Below, in pieces: positions 36,990 through 50,579 of a DNA stretch of 64,000 nucleotides (position 1 is the stretch's first letter; every line of letters starts with the position of its first letter). This stretch comes from Sphaerodactylus townsendi (lineage: Eukaryota): NCBI RefSeq assembly GCF_021028975.2, contig NC_059431.1:80414001-80478000 (forward strand). The letters are read 5' to 3'. The notes below the pieces were generated by a model. That model searched no databases and was not told where the DNA came from. It worked only from the letters and a program-made list of their open reading frames with translations. A program made the position numbers and the translations under genes.

Positions 36990-39960
36990 TTAAATAATAT
37001 TTTATTAATTTTTTCAATATAGTTAACAAAAATATGAAGCAGAAAAAAGTCAGTAAAGACAAAACAGAAAAGGTAATATAGCTACCCAGAAACTGTATGA
37101 ATATTAATTTGAACTCATTGGATCTTGAGATCACATAACTAATATCAGAGAGAATGTTATACAGTCTTAACATTCACTACCTTCTGTCCACTGGCTCTGC
37201 AATATCACTAAACAATTTCTTGTATCTTGATCATTAACAAATTAGTTTTCTTCCTGCTATTATTTTTACATAGTCGATTCAGCCTCAAATAAGAAATACA
37301 GTTCCCATTTATCATCAAATTCATGTCTTGACGATCTGTTAAAAAGGTTTGGTAATTTAGCCATTATAGCATATTCTCTAATGTTATCTTCCCAAAGTTC
37401 TGCATTAAGAGTTTTACTGGTTTTCTAACAAGCTGCAGTTATTATTCTTACTGCGGTTATTAAGTGACATTAAGCTTTTTGGGAATATTTTCTGGTAAGA
37501 TACCTAGTAACATTGTTTTGGCAATAAGGGGAAATCTTAATTTGATTATTTTTTGCATTTTCATGTGTATTTTTATCCAATACTTCCTAATTTTTTTTAC
37601 AAGTTCACCACATATAGAAGAAGGACCCAACTTCATGACATCTCCAGCAGACTGTCACGAAGAATGATCTTCTTGATCATTTCAGTAGTTATGTATCATC
37701 TATATAACTGTTTATACCAGTTCTCTTTTAGCATTTGGCATGCAGTAAGTTTAATGCTTTTAGTCTATAATAGTTCCCATCACTGAAAAGTTATCTCTTT
37801 TTTTAGATTTAGCATCTATTTCACCATGCATATATTTACCTGTTTCATTTCTGGTTCTAATTTTAGCAGAATCTTATGTATTCTTCCCATCAAATGTTGT
37901 TTCTGTGAGGTAACCTCTTTTTCAAAATTTGACTTTCATATACTGTGTCCCCCCCCTCCCCCCCCCCCCGTGATTTTAGTTCTCTTCTGAGTCTGGATGT
38001 TATCTGAAAATATATCAGTCATTGTATTTTCTTGTCCTCCTCCTTTATCACATGCCATCATTTGATTTTCCCGTGCTTGTTGATAATTTCCTTACAGAGT
38101 ATATTGTCATTCTTCTTCTATGTTTCTGTATCAGAAGTGGCTTCCATGGGAGATTCTCGAGGAAAATTTGGAGGGCCAAGTCATACTTTTTTTCCCAGAT
38201 TTCAAAAAGTCCGTTTCTTATTACATGGGAGTCTTTTCTCATCTGCTCTGTCTTTTGGACATTTTTTTTCAGCCATAGATAATTATGTATACCTGTTGTT
38301 AAATCTGCAGTTTCTAATTTTACTAGTCTGTGAAATGGATTTAATATCCAATCAGGAATCCACACAAGTCCTGCTGCTTGATAATATAGTTTAATATTGG
38401 GTGCAGCTGGGCCTCTTCTTTTTTCATCTTGTAGAACTTTAAATCTTATTCTTGGACTTTTATTGCTCCAGATAAATTTATTAATATGTGTTTGCCATGC
38501 GTTCAAGGTCTTTTCATGTATATACATATAAAGCTGAAGTTTGGACCATCTTTGTAGAACTACTTGAATTTTTTCCAGGTTGTTCTTGTTTTGTTAAAAA
38601 CCTTGTGATAATTTTTTTGCTGATTAATTTTATATCCAGCAAAATGTCCAAATAATTCTATTTGATCCATAAAATGTCTTATTGAAAAGTGAGGATTACT
38701 TATTTGACATAATCTGTGTAACTTTTAACCTTTAATTCTTTTCCTTCTATTTTTAGAACTGTGATTCTTTCATCTTGTCTAATCTTTGTTGCCAAGAGTT
38801 CCAAAAGCAGGATGAATAATAGCAGTGATAATAGACATCTTTGCCTTGTTCCCATTTCAGTTTAGATTTCCTCTGTCAAAGTACCATTAATTAATATTCT
38901 TGCTCTTTGTCTAGTGTATATTCTCTGTATCCAGTCTAGAAACCTAGGACCACAATTTATATGTTCCAATGTCTTTAACATGAATGTCCGTGAAATATTA
39001 TCAAAGGCTTTCTCTGCATCCAAAAAGATGAACGAGGTTTTCGTTTTCTTGGTCTTAGAGAATTTTGAAGCATCAGTTACAAATTGTATGTTGTCCTTCA
39101 TATATGTTTTGGGAACAAAACCTGTCTGATCCATGTATCATCTCCTGAATGCACTTTCTTAATCTTGCTGCCATTACAATTGCAAATAGTTTGTAATCCA
39201 CATTTAATAATGATATTGGTCTATATGACTGTGGCAGTTCTGGGTCATTCCCTTCTTTATGTATTAAAGTCACATGTGCCTCTTCCCAGGTCAGGGGGAA
39301 ATTCCCTCTTAAGTATAGCTCATTCATCATTTCTTGAAGAGGTACAATTATTTTTTCTTCCACACATCTGTATTTGTCTGAGATTAAGCTGTTGGGTCCT
39401 GGAGTTTTCCCTTTTCAATTTTTTTTTAGCCTGTGATAATTTAAAAATGGATATACTTTTGTTCAGAATATCTCTACTGTGAATTTCTTTTATGGGAATC
39501 TGGGCAATATAATCTTTTAATGCTTCTTCTTCCACGTTTTGTTTTTTTATAAAGTTCGGAAAATAAAGAAGCAAATGGTTCTTGTATTTCTCTTTCTGAA
39601 TATACCAGAGTACCATTTTTAAAAACAGCTATTATTGTCCTTCTTCTAATTTCTTTCCTCAACTGGTGCACTAAAATTGTCCTGGCCTGTTGGTATGCTC
39701 AAACATTTTTGCTTCAAAATCTTAACTTTTTTTTTGCATTTCTTCCATTTCTAATAGGTTCTGTTGATGTTTCAACATCTTCAGTTCTCTTAATGTTTCA
39801 TTATCTGTTGTTTTCTTATGATGTTCAGCCAATATTTTCATTCTATTTACAGTATTTCATTTCTTTTCCATCTTGTCTTTCTTCTGTTTAGTGGCAATTG
39901 CTATTAATTTTCCTCTTGCATATGCCTTGCTTGCTTCCAAGATAGTTGTATTTGACAGAA
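36990..39960 (-). mobile_element. Decayed L1-clade LINE ORF2
   Basis: PQSYRPISLLNVDYKL, DQTGFVP, FIFLDAEKAFD, INKFIWSNKSPRI...PNIKLYYQA motifs with many frameshifts; boundaries approximate. Confidence 0.88.
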
Positions 39961-41288
39961 AGCAACATTTTTTGAAGTGCAGCCTTGTACTGGTATAAGA
40001 TAGAGTTGTAATTCTAATGTCAGCCAGTGTTGATCCATCCTGTCTTTGCAATTTGGACTGCAATTGTAGCCCATTATGCATGGAATGCTTACCTTGGGGC
40101 TCTTAGTTGTGCAGTGGGGATGTGGTCTTCTCACATTTCTTTGTTTACACACAAGGAGGCATTCACTGCCTGCTTCCCTACTTGTTTGATGAAGGCTCAA
40201 TGGGCCTCTGCTTTTCATGGTTCACTTAACTCTGCCCATCAACTCCCTCTTAAAGGCACAGACCTCATCACACCCAATGGTTGCAAGATAGCTTTGTTGA
40301 AGCCCTTTAAATTGCAGTTATATTAATATTGTAGATCCTTTCCAAAAATGACCTCCCTTTGAAAAAAGAAAGAGGCAAGGTAATTCTCTTGATTACACTC
40401 TGCAGAAGGGTCCATGTTCTAGAACTAATATCTCTTCTCCCCACACACACACTTCCTGCTGCTTCTGTGGGAGGAGAGAGGCTTGTTATTAAATGGTTAA
40501 CCCACCATTTGTAATTTGTCCTACAGACATTCCCCCCACCCACACAAGCCTATTGTTAACTGCAATGGCTCTAGAAGTGAGAGCATGAGGGAAATTGCTT
40601 ATGAGCCATTTGAAGGTTTTTCAATGCAATAAAGGACAGCAATTTTGTAGTGATTCTCTGTTTATATCGACTTATCAATATAATAACAAAAATTTAATTA
40701 ACAAATGTGAAAAGGGGAAGGGGAAAGGAATGCATGGGAGTGCAAGGGAGTAGGAGGGGCTGGTGGTGGGTCTGAGTTTGTAAGGGGAAGAGCATCTATT
40801 TAAATTAATAATAGTAATAACTAATGTTTAGTAAGAACTGTATAAGCTCTGAAATTTTAAAAAATATATTCACATTTATCTGAGATGGTTGGGATTATGA
40901 GACATCATTTAGGATAAACATCCCATATAACTATGAATCTTCACTGTGCTGCAACATCCTACTGTGGAAATATATGTGAATTTTATTTTAAGGTATTATC
41001 GGTCTATTCCGTTCCTAAAATAAAATCGAATTTGCTCTAGTACCATACTGTGAACTGCTGTTATTCATCAATATCCTTGAAGCCCATCATGGCTTAAGAC
41101 CAACACCTTTTTGACACAACCCCCCATGCCAATTAAGATTCTCTGATCAAGTCCTGATGTGTTTGCATTTGGCATCCTAGATGGAGAGGAAAAGACCGTG
41201 TAATAATGCAACTAGCCACAACGATTTTTCAGACTGGGATGGGGGAAGGGTAAAATACATTCCAAATTGTTGTAAGAAGGAACTAGAG

Positions 41289-41584
41289 CAGCGGTGGCGG
41301 ACCTACGGCACACGTGTCAGTGGTGGCATTCAGAGCCCTCTGTGTGGGCACGCGCACCGTCGCCTCAGTTTGGCACTTGGCAGTGGCATAGCGCCAAGGG
41401 GCGATGGGTGCACGACACACGGGGTGGCGAGGTGAGGGCGTACTGGGGGCATGGTGGGGGTGTTTCAGGGCAGGGTGGGGGCGAACAGGGGCATGGCAGG
41501 GACGCAGGGCACATGTGTGCACCAGGCGCAGTTTCCCCTTGCTCCGCCCCTGGCACTTGGTCTCTAAAAGGTTCACCATCACTG
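41289..41584 (+). mobile_element. hAT MITE
   Basis: TIRs CAGCGGTGGCGGACC / GGTTCACCATCACTG, perfect 8-bp TSD AACTAGAG. Confidence 0.88.
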
Positions 41585-42399
41585 AACTAGAGGATAGAAT
41601 AAAGCTGTTGTTGCTACATACAAATCATTTTTCAGCACACCAGCATTACTGAGCCAAATGTAAAGACTCACATTCAAGATTTCGGCTAACCAGAGCTTGC
41701 AAGTAAACCATGGTGTAACAACTGAAATATAATTCAATGTTCATCAGTTCACTCCTGAATCCTCAAGAGGAAAAGCAGCCGGAACAACCAATATTGAGTC
41801 TTTGTAGATTTGAAGACACCTCATTGAAAACAAAGGGAAAAAAGACACGTGTGCAGAATTGGCCGTCAAAACTAACTTTATTCATATACTTTGCACATGG
41901 AAATGGTGGGCGGATGAGCTACATGCAGAGCAAATGTCCACGGGAACCTTTTGCAAAAGGTTGTGCAGCACGGAGAAGCCTAAAGTGGCAGAAAATGACA
42001 GGAACCAGCTGCTCATAAACCAAAAGTGAGACCTGGACAGGGGCAAGGGAGAGTGGACAAAAGAACCATTTTTTCCTGGAATGGTCCCGCCCCCTCCCAC
42101 GCTATGTGGAGAAAAGAAGCCAAAATGGTTCTTTTTCAAATGTTTTATTTGCATTGTGCAGAATGGGCCATTATTGTGTTTCCTATTCTGTTATTTATTA
42201 TTGTTGTGTTTCTTATTCTGTCTTGCCATCTAGTGGACAAAGGTGAATTATAAGGAAACTCAACTTTCCTCTATGGGATACAACATACTTAGCATCTGAA
42301 AAAATTAAATTATAATCCTGGAGAATACTATCCTACTGAACTCAATGAGTCTTACTTTTGAACTCTTCTTGAACTTGAAGAATTAAATAACATATTATC

Positions 42400-42900
42400 T
42401 ACCTATCAGTGCAGTTCACCATTAGAGGTTTCCTCAGGATGGAAGTGGGTATCTATAGGATACTGAGCTTTTTCAGTGGTTCTGCTCACATATGGCACTT
42501 TCTCTAGAGGGACATGCTTCAAACAATCTAATAAAATGTCATGGTCAGTTGTGCCAAAGGTTGATGAAAAGTCCAACAAAATTATGAGGGAACCTTTACT
42601 CCTGTTCACATGCAACTATAGGTAATCTGCTAGCGTTTACTAAAGTTGTATGTGACTCATGACCAGTCCTGAAGCTGACTGAAATGGATCGAGGGAAGAT
42701 ATGTCTGGGACTTGCGGTGATATGTCTGCGGTCACCCTCTCTCACCATGAAGATATGTCTGTGCTGTGACTACATGCTCAATTAACTAGTCTGGAAACAG
42801 GTTGATAACTGGAAACAGGTTGATAATTGGTTAGACCTTTATCCAATATGGGGGTTTTCCAAGAGGAGACAAAATACTGTTCCTTATGTGCTTGATGTAA
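42400..42900 (-). mobile_element. Old L2-like LINE RT fragment
   Basis: IILLDFSSTFGTTDHDILL resembles the L2 motif LLDLSAAFDTVDHxILL; upstream FQSASGLV resembles the FQSGF motif. Confidence 0.6.
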
Positions 42901-43374
42901 GTTATATCGCAATCCTAAATAGAGTTACACCCTTCTGTCCATTGAATAAATGAGCCCAGAAGGGTTTTTAACTCTGTTTAGGATTGCGTTTTTTCTTGCA
43001 GTGGCATAGCGCCAAGATTTAATCAGCCATGACATGCATGAATTTAATTTGCAAGTGGTCTTCACACCTTTAAATAGTCTGTTAACTTTAGATCCATGCA
43101 ACTGTGAAAAATGGTTGCTTCCGACACTGTTGGTACAGGATCTGTATATCAATTACCACTGAATAACAGATTTCTTCAAAATAATCTAGCAAATATGTTA
43201 TAGCGTTCCATCAATGTTTCCTTTTCCAGGGCACTTGAGTAGCATAAAGCCTTAAATAATCCTTAAAATCCCCATTGGGTAAGGTTCTTCTGACACTAAT
43301 GATGGAGGAATAGAAAAAATATTTGTCAATAACACTGCTATATCAAAAGCTTGCAAACAAGCTTGACTTAATGT

Positions 43375-43500
43375 ATTATCGAAGGCTTTCACAGCAGGAT
43401 TCAACTGACTGTTGTGGGTTTTCCGTGTTGTATTGCTGCGGTCTGTAGATCTTGTTCCTAAGGTCTTGCCTGCATCTGTGATTGGCATCTTCAGAGGATG
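43375..43500. mobile_element. Penelope-like terminal-repeat fragment
   Basis: GAAGGCTTTCAC...TGTTGTGGGTTTTCCG...GGCATCTTCAGAGG; related pieces near 51020-51110 and 52310-52410. Confidence 0.55.
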
Positions 43501-43936
43501 ACCTCAAGCCCAACACACCTTCTAACCAGCCTCCTAGGGTTGTTATGAGGATAAAATGGAGAACAATGTAAGTTGCTTTGGACCTCATTGTGGAGAAAAT
43601 AAATAAATAAGGACTATGGAAGAAGCATGCCAGCCTCCTTGTGACAGATTTCTTATGGATATTCACTCAGCTGTATTGCTGTTTTGTTCATGATCACAAA
43701 AAGGGGCATGGCTTTGGAGACAATAGGGTTCAAGCCTAGCTTAGATACTTAAGATGAGTGCTGCCAGACCCAGGGCAAATGTCAGGCCTGCAATATTTTC
43801 AACTTTTCAATCTGACTACAAGCACAGTATGGTGACAGCAAAGAAGTTATAAAGCTTTTGCTTGCTTGGATCTGATAGGCCACACTACATGGCCGGTGTG
43901 GTACATTCTATTTGGTAGTTTGGATGACTGACCAGA

Positions 43937-44070
43937 GACTCTTAGGAAAATTCCACATGGGCCAAAAACAGCAGTGTAAAAATGGTGTGAAAACGGTGTA
44001 AACCCTTTTACACCATTTTGCGCCATTTTCACACTGCTGTTTTGACCCATGTGGAATTTTCCTAAGAGTC
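43937..44070. mobile_element. Palindromic MITE (Harbinger-like)
   Basis: Arms GACTCTTAGGAAAATTCCACATGG... / ...CCATGTGGAATTTTCCTAAGAGTC form a ~134 bp hairpin. Confidence 0.7.
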
Positions 44071-44619
44071 GCCCTAGTTTCTATATTTAAGTTCCTGAGA
44101 GGAGCCTGAAGGATGTATCAGGGAAAATTAAATATGAGCATTTTTAGCTGCTGCTATTCATACAACTTTTCATATTGTAACCCCCCCCCAGTTCTCCTAC
44201 CCAACTCCCACTTTATACCTGAACTGTGCATACTAATGAATAAGCAAACATGACCACCTTTATGAAAAGCAATCCACCCTTACATAGTGTTTCCAAGAAG
44301 TCATATCAACTCAACTGGGCTGCCTCTCAAGTAACTGATCACATACTCACTCAGTCCATGATTAGGACAAGTCTGAAAGGGAACACTCTTGATATCAGGT
44401 ATAGTCTTATTTATGCTTCTTTGGACATTAACTTGACTTTGGCACTTGCTCCCAAATAATCGTTAATCGAACTGCTCTATAAGACTGCAATTGTCTGTAA
44501 ACCGCATTGAACCCCACGGGATTTACTTCCAAGAACAGAATCGCACAGTTGCTGAGATGCAGCTTTCAATGAAGCTCTGTAAACCCAACCTGCAAAACCA
44601 GCAGCCCTGGCCCCGGAAG

Positions 44620-45450
44620 ATGTTTGCACGCGCACAGATCAAGGAGAGGACCCCACGATATGCTCCGTGCCGTCCGCCACCGCCGTCCAAGATGCGTCGC
44701 CTGCGGCAGCGGCGCAAGAGGGCGTGGCCTCGGCTTCCAACAGGCTGGAGCGGAGCGAATCCGAACCGATTTCCTTTAAGCTCCGCCTTCGTCTTTCGCC
44801 TCTCCGTCGCCTCTTTAAGGTCGGGGCGGGGGCGCGTGTGGTGGTCCGTGCCTGTCTCGCGAGAACAGCGTTGGCGCCGTGACCTCCATGTGAGAGCGGC
44901 GCCGCCTGGTAAACAGTCCTGGGGGTTAGGACATGGCTCCCGTAGGCGCCCGTTAGCGGAGCCAAACCCGGTATCGTAGCAGAGGCTGGCGGCCATTCGG
45001 AGCTGGTCCCTTGGAGCCGTTGGGTACGGGCGACAGAAAACGAGAGGACGGGTGGAGCCGTGGTTTGCTGGTGGGGCCCGAGGGAGAGAGGAAGGAAGGC
45101 CAGCCGGAGGCGGGGAGGGGGTGAAGGAGCTTCGCGGGGGACCCTGGGCTGAAGAGGAGGGTTTCTTGCTCTCGCTTCCCCTTGCCAGTTTTCCTCCGCA
45201 AAACAAAGAGGCGTGAGAAGCCGTTTCCCTTGGCTGCGGGTCGGGTGCCTTTCACCATCCCGAGTGGGAGCCCGCCATGTGGATCCAGGTCCGCACCATC
45301 GACGGTGCCCAGACTCGGACCATCGAAGACCTCAGCCGCCTCACCAAGATCGAGAGTCTCCGCGAGAAGATCCAGGAGAGCTTCCGTGTGAGCCCCGACC
45401 GGCAGCGCCTTTTCTACCGGGGCAAGCAGGTGAGGCGGTGACATGCCGGT
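44620..45450 (+). promoter_or_regulatory. CpG island / promoter of UHRF2
   Basis: Dense CpG; GC box near 44823, TCTCGCGAGA palindrome 44855-44864, E2F-like TTGGCGCC 44871-44878. Confidence 0.8.
45277..45429 (+). CDS. UHRF2: UHRF2 first coding exon (ubiquitin-like domain N-terminal part)
   Basis: GCCATG start; [51 protein letters not shown], 153 nt, donor CAG|GTGAGG. UHRF family is certain; UHRF2 assigned from RTIDG/TIED and KIAA2026 synteny. Too short for the ORF track. Exon 2 not recognised in the window. Confidence 0.92.
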
Positions 45451-46995
45451 CTTCCCCTTCAGGACCTTTGCCTTTCAGCACCTGCCCTCCCCCGCCTTTT
45501 GTTTACCAAACACCTTACCTGGCGGGGGGGGGGGGGAGGTGGCAGCCCCAGAATGCCTTTGTGTTAAGGAAATGATGGGGAAGGGGCAGTTTTACCTTTC
45601 CTGCCTCACCTCCAATTTCTGGTTTTACTGGCGAGGCTCAGCCTCTAACGTGTGTTTTCTGCCACTCAGCTTCAGAAACACGCTTGTTTTGAAAAAGGGC
45701 GGGGTATGTGTGCAGGAGAGCAGGTAACGCGGGCCCCCTCTCCTGTGGCTGGCGCCACTTCCGGCGGTTCAACGGTCTCCAGAAACTGTTGATACACAGT
45801 GTCTCCAATCCAAGAAAAGTTCTGTTCTGGGTCATGTCCCCCCCCCCCCCCCTTTTTATGAACCAGCTGTATCTTGCTTAGTGATGCACCGCATGCAGAA
45901 TCGTTGCTTTGTACTGCCTGGGCGCAATTTGAGAAACTCATATACTCGCTGCCAGAAAGCATTCTAAGCTAGCCTTTCTTTGGTGCCCATAATAGTTTTG
46001 GATCTTAGAGCAAGACATCATTCAGTGCATTATATACAGTAGCTGCTTTTGGAATTGGCATTTCAGCTGCTTGAAATGCAGATAAGAATGTAGGCATCTT
46101 TACCAAATTGTCAGTGATAGATGGTGTTTGGGATTCCTAAGCAACATAAAGGATTGCCTTTTTTTCATTTTGATGACTACATGTTGTGCCTACATGTAAT
46201 CTTTTGTTGTACATTTGCCACATGGTTTAGTCACTGCACTTTTTCAGTCAGCCAGAACTTCCATAATTGATATGCATTATGGGTATTGTCTTATAAGATT
46301 CTCCACATAGCCTCTGGAATCTGGTGCTTTACAAGTTGTACAGAATGGGCAGAATGCACCCTGATGGGCTGGGGACATATTATGGCCCAATGACTTATTT
46401 GAAAGTCTGAAGATGAGATTGGGGTACAAATATGCTTCATAAGAGGAATGGTCAGAATGTATACCCCATTGGTAGATATGAAATTGACAATAATAACAGT
46501 GTGTATCTCACATCTCAGTGGCAAAAAGAGTTGAGGGAGTGGTAGAGTGTTGTTGATGAGAATCAATGTTGTATAGTGGTTAAAGTGTTGGACTAGTGTC
46601 TGGGAAACCCAGGTTTGAATCCAAACTCTGCCATGGCAAATTGATGGGTGAGTGACCTTGGGCCAGTTACACACTCAGCTTTGGCCTTGACTAGCATTTG
46701 GATGGGAGACCTCCAAGGAATACAGGGGCATGATGTGGAGGCAGGCAATGGCAAATCACCTTTGAACATCTGTTGCCTTAAAATTCTTATAGGATTGCCA
46801 TGAGTCAGCTGTGATTTGATGGCAAAAAATGTTGTAGATACTTGAACAAGACAGAAAATGCCTCAAGAGACTGGTCACTGAAGAGTCTCCTCAGTTCTGT
46901 CCTTACAGACATATCCATAAAGTTTATTTAAAGGACTCTTGGATATGTCCATTTAATATAACAGAGCCAGTAATGCGATGTGATACACTAGGCCG

Positions 46996-47143
46996 CAGGG
47001 GTAGGGAACCTGCGGCTCTCCAGATGTTCAGGAACTACAATTCCCATCAGCCTCTGTCAGCATGGCCAATTGGCCATGCTGGTAGGGGCTGATGGGAACT
47101 GTAGTTCCTGAACATCTGGAGAGCCGCAGGTTCCCTACCCCTG
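46996..47143. mobile_element. Palindromic hAT MITE (same family as 5709)
   Basis: Nearly identical to 5709-5854; imperfect TSD CTAGGCCG/CTAGGGCA. Confidence 0.9.
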
Positions 47144-49139
47144 CTAGGGCATAGGCCAGAGTAAGGAATTTGTTAAATACGTCTTTATCCTTCCATCTTT
47201 CCCTTTCATTTTATCCTCACAACATTGTGAGGTAGGTTAGGCTTAGAGGGATTAGTCAAAGATCACCTAGCAATCTTCTCTGAAGTCTGACTCCAGCACA
47301 GCTATTGAGCAAAATGCCTTTGTAGTATTATAATTGTACTTTTGTCTGTGGGTAACTTAGTTTATTACAGGAAGCCTTGAGTAAACATGTCCCTAGTTCA
47401 TTTGTTGACAACTCTGTAATTAGTTTTAAAGCCTCCTGATAGCCAACATAACATGTTATGGTGTAGCAGTGAACACATGAAGCTGCCTTGTACTGAATAC
47501 GAACATCAGTCCATAAGGTTCAGTACTGTCTCCTCAGATTGGCAGAAACTCTCCAGGGACTCAAGCAGAGGCTTTTCCCAGTATCTGGTACCTGATCCTT
47601 TTAACTGGGAAAGCTAGGGATTTTACCTGGGATCTTCTGCATGCCAGGTATATTCTCTATCACTGAGCCATGGCCCCATTCCTGTGTAAGCACGTGGCAG
47701 GTTCTGCTTTTTTGCTGTTGTTAACTGCAGCATCTTTAGACCAATTTTGGCATGTTTCTGCCTTGCATGACTTGAGAAACTACCTGTCTGCATTCATATT
47801 AGAAATATATAGCAAAATCTCTTGCAACAATTAATGTATAGTTTACCATGTATTGTAGCAACTTGTGGCCTATTGATACAGCTGATCTGGCCACCTGGAA
47901 CCATGCCAGGGTAACATTGACTAGACGACTGTAATGTACTGTATCCTGGTCTCCCCTCAAAATCAGTTTGAAAACTCCAGTTGGTGCAGAATGTTGTGGT
48001 CCAACTATTATCTGGAGCTGGATGGTGCATGCATCTTGCTCCCATTCTGCAGTTACTTTGCTGGCATCCCATCTGTAACTGGGCTCAGTTTAAATTGGCT
48101 GTCACAGTAAAGCCCTTGATGGCATTGGACCCTCATATCCGCAAGATTGCCTCCCCCCTGTGCTTTATCAAATCAGCTTTGTTCATCTAAGGATGACTTT
48201 CTGCAGGTGACAGCCAAAATGGGAAGAATCAACAACTGCTTGTATGTATATCTTCATTGTAGCCCCCACAAACTATGCAAAACTGAATGATTAAAGAGAA
48301 CTTTTCCGCATAGATATTAGGGTAATATCACAAAGTTGCTTGGATAGTTTATTAGGGACTGTGATCTATACTACTGAGCAAAGTTTGCTGCAAGTAGAAT
48401 CATATGTAATTTGGCATAATTTAATGGATCATTGTAACAATTTGCTTTGTTTCAGTTTTTTTAAATTTTTGCTTAATTCTGCAAATTGTATTTCAGTGTT
48501 TACTGAATGTCCCATCCTGTTGATTGTACTGTAATCCACTTTATGTCCTAGCGAGAAGGGTTGACTTTAAATAGTATAAAAAGGCAAGTGTTTAAAATTA
48601 CCGTTAAATGCTTTTCAAAATCATGTTAACTTGTCTCTAAGATTAGATTTGCTGAATTGTTAATTATAATCCATGAGCAAGGATGTAGGGAGATAGGTTC
48701 TTCTCCCTTTGTCTATACTGGTATATAAAGTTGTTTTCGGTTTTGAGCGAAAAACCCACATATCTGCAGGTTTCATAAATGTCTGCATATATTTGGCATG
48801 AGAGCTTGGACTGACTCCATTTTACTTTGAAGTCTGATAGAAAATTGAGCTTTTATCATGTAATAAAGATATTAATCTTCCAGCACTAATTGAAAAGTGA
48901 TGGTTGATCGAAAACTAAAGAAGTTTCTACTCTTACTATAGTGTAGTTGGAGTAAATGGAAACCCAACTTTTTGTTTCTGGGTGTTCTCCAAGACAACTC
49001 CATATCATTTCTAAGCTGCTCCTGATCTGTCATAGTTCTCATAGCTGTAAGGCTGTATTCTTCTCTAACGTTGAACCCCTTTTCTCATTATTCTGGAAGG
49101 ACAATATACCCTAATGGAAAAGTTATGCAACTTATCCCT

Positions 49140-50579
49140 GAAATCAGCCTCCATCCTTGGACTGGAAGATGGCCAGTGTCACACCAAAGGATGGGGGGGG
49201 GGGGGAGGAAATTACAGGCCAGTCAGTTTGACATCTGTTCCTAATAAATGAGTAGAATCTACCATTAAAGATAAAATTATAAAACATGTAGAAAAGCAAG
49301 ACCTGCTGAGGAAGAGTCAGCATGGCTTTTGCAGAGGCCTACCTTACCAACTTACTAGAGTTCTTTGTGGGTGTAAACAGGATAAGGGGGAACCAGTGGA
49401 CATTGTCTACTTCGATTTCCAAAAGGCTTTTGACAAAGTTCCCGACCAGAGACTATTGAGAAAACTCAGCAATGAAGGAATAAGAGGGGAAGTTGCCCTA
49501 TGGATTAAAAACTGGTTGATAACAGAGGGGGGATGGCAGAAGGAGAGGGGAGTGGAGGGGACGCAAAAAGCAGCGCCCTCACGCACAGAGCCGCCTCCGG
49601 TTCAGCCCTCCATTCACCTTTCCTTCCAGCGCTGCTGCGGAGGGACATGCCCACGCTACCCTCTGACCTCCAGGACATGTGGAGCCGCAGTATAAGGCTG
49701 AAAGAGCCGCATGAGCCTCCAGAGCCGCAGGTTGCAGACCCCTGACATACACGCTACAGGGGTCAGTGCTATCAGTCACAGACCAGGAAAGGGATTTGAG
49801 CATCTTAGTTGATAGTTCCATGGGAATGTCAACTCAATGCATGGCAGCTGTGAAAAAGGCAAACTCTATGCTGGGGATGATTAGGAAAGGAATTGATAAT
49901 AAAACTGCAAAGATTGTCATGCCCTTATATAAAGCAGTGGTGCGACTGCACTTGGAGTACTGTGTTCATGTTCTGGTCTCCACATTTCAAAAAGGATATC
50001 GAAGAGATAGAAAAAGTGCAGAGAAGGGCAACGAGGATGATTGAGGGACTGGAGCACCTTCCTTATGAGGAGAGGTTGCAGCGTTTGGGACTCTTTTGTT
50101 TGGAGAGGAGATGTTTGAGGGGGGATATGATTGAAGTCTATAAAATTATGCATGGGGTAGAAAATGTTGACAGAGAGAAATTTTTCTCTCTTTCTCACAA
50201 TACTAGAACCAGGGGGCATACATTGAAAATACTGGGGGGAAGAATTAGGACTAATAAAAGGAAACATTTCTTCACGCAACGCATGATTGGTGTTTAGAAT
50301 ATGCTGCCACAGGAGGTGGTGATGGCCACTAACCTGGATAGCTTTAAAAGGGGCTTGGACAGATTTATGGAGAAGTAGATGTATGGCTACCAATCTTGAT
50401 CCTCCTTGATCTCAGATTGCAAATCCTTAGCAGACTCAGGAGCAGCAGCAGTAGAAGGCCATTGCTTTCACATCCTGCATGTGAGCTCCCAAAGGCATCT
50501 GGTGGGTCACTACGAGTAGCAGAGTACTGGACTAGATGGACTCTGGTCTGATCCAGCAGGGTCTTTCTTATGTTCTTAT
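49140..50579 (+). mobile_element. CR1 LINE 3' portion, internally deleted and interrupted by a MITE fragment (~49520-49744)
   Basis: DIVYFDFQKAFDKVP, QERDLSILVD, LYKAVVRLHLEYCV, RGDMIEVYKI, TRGHTLK motifs; TTCTTATG-type tail. Confidence 0.92.

Noticed and set aside
45277-45429. Calling the gene UHRF1
   Set aside because: Some residues are UHRF1-like, but linkage to KIAA2026 and the IL33-like gene matches UHRF2.
44491-45575. Overlapping 120-227 aa ORFs at the UHRF2 promoter
   Set aside because: GC-rich chance ORFs; the real exon is 45277-45429 in a frame not listed.
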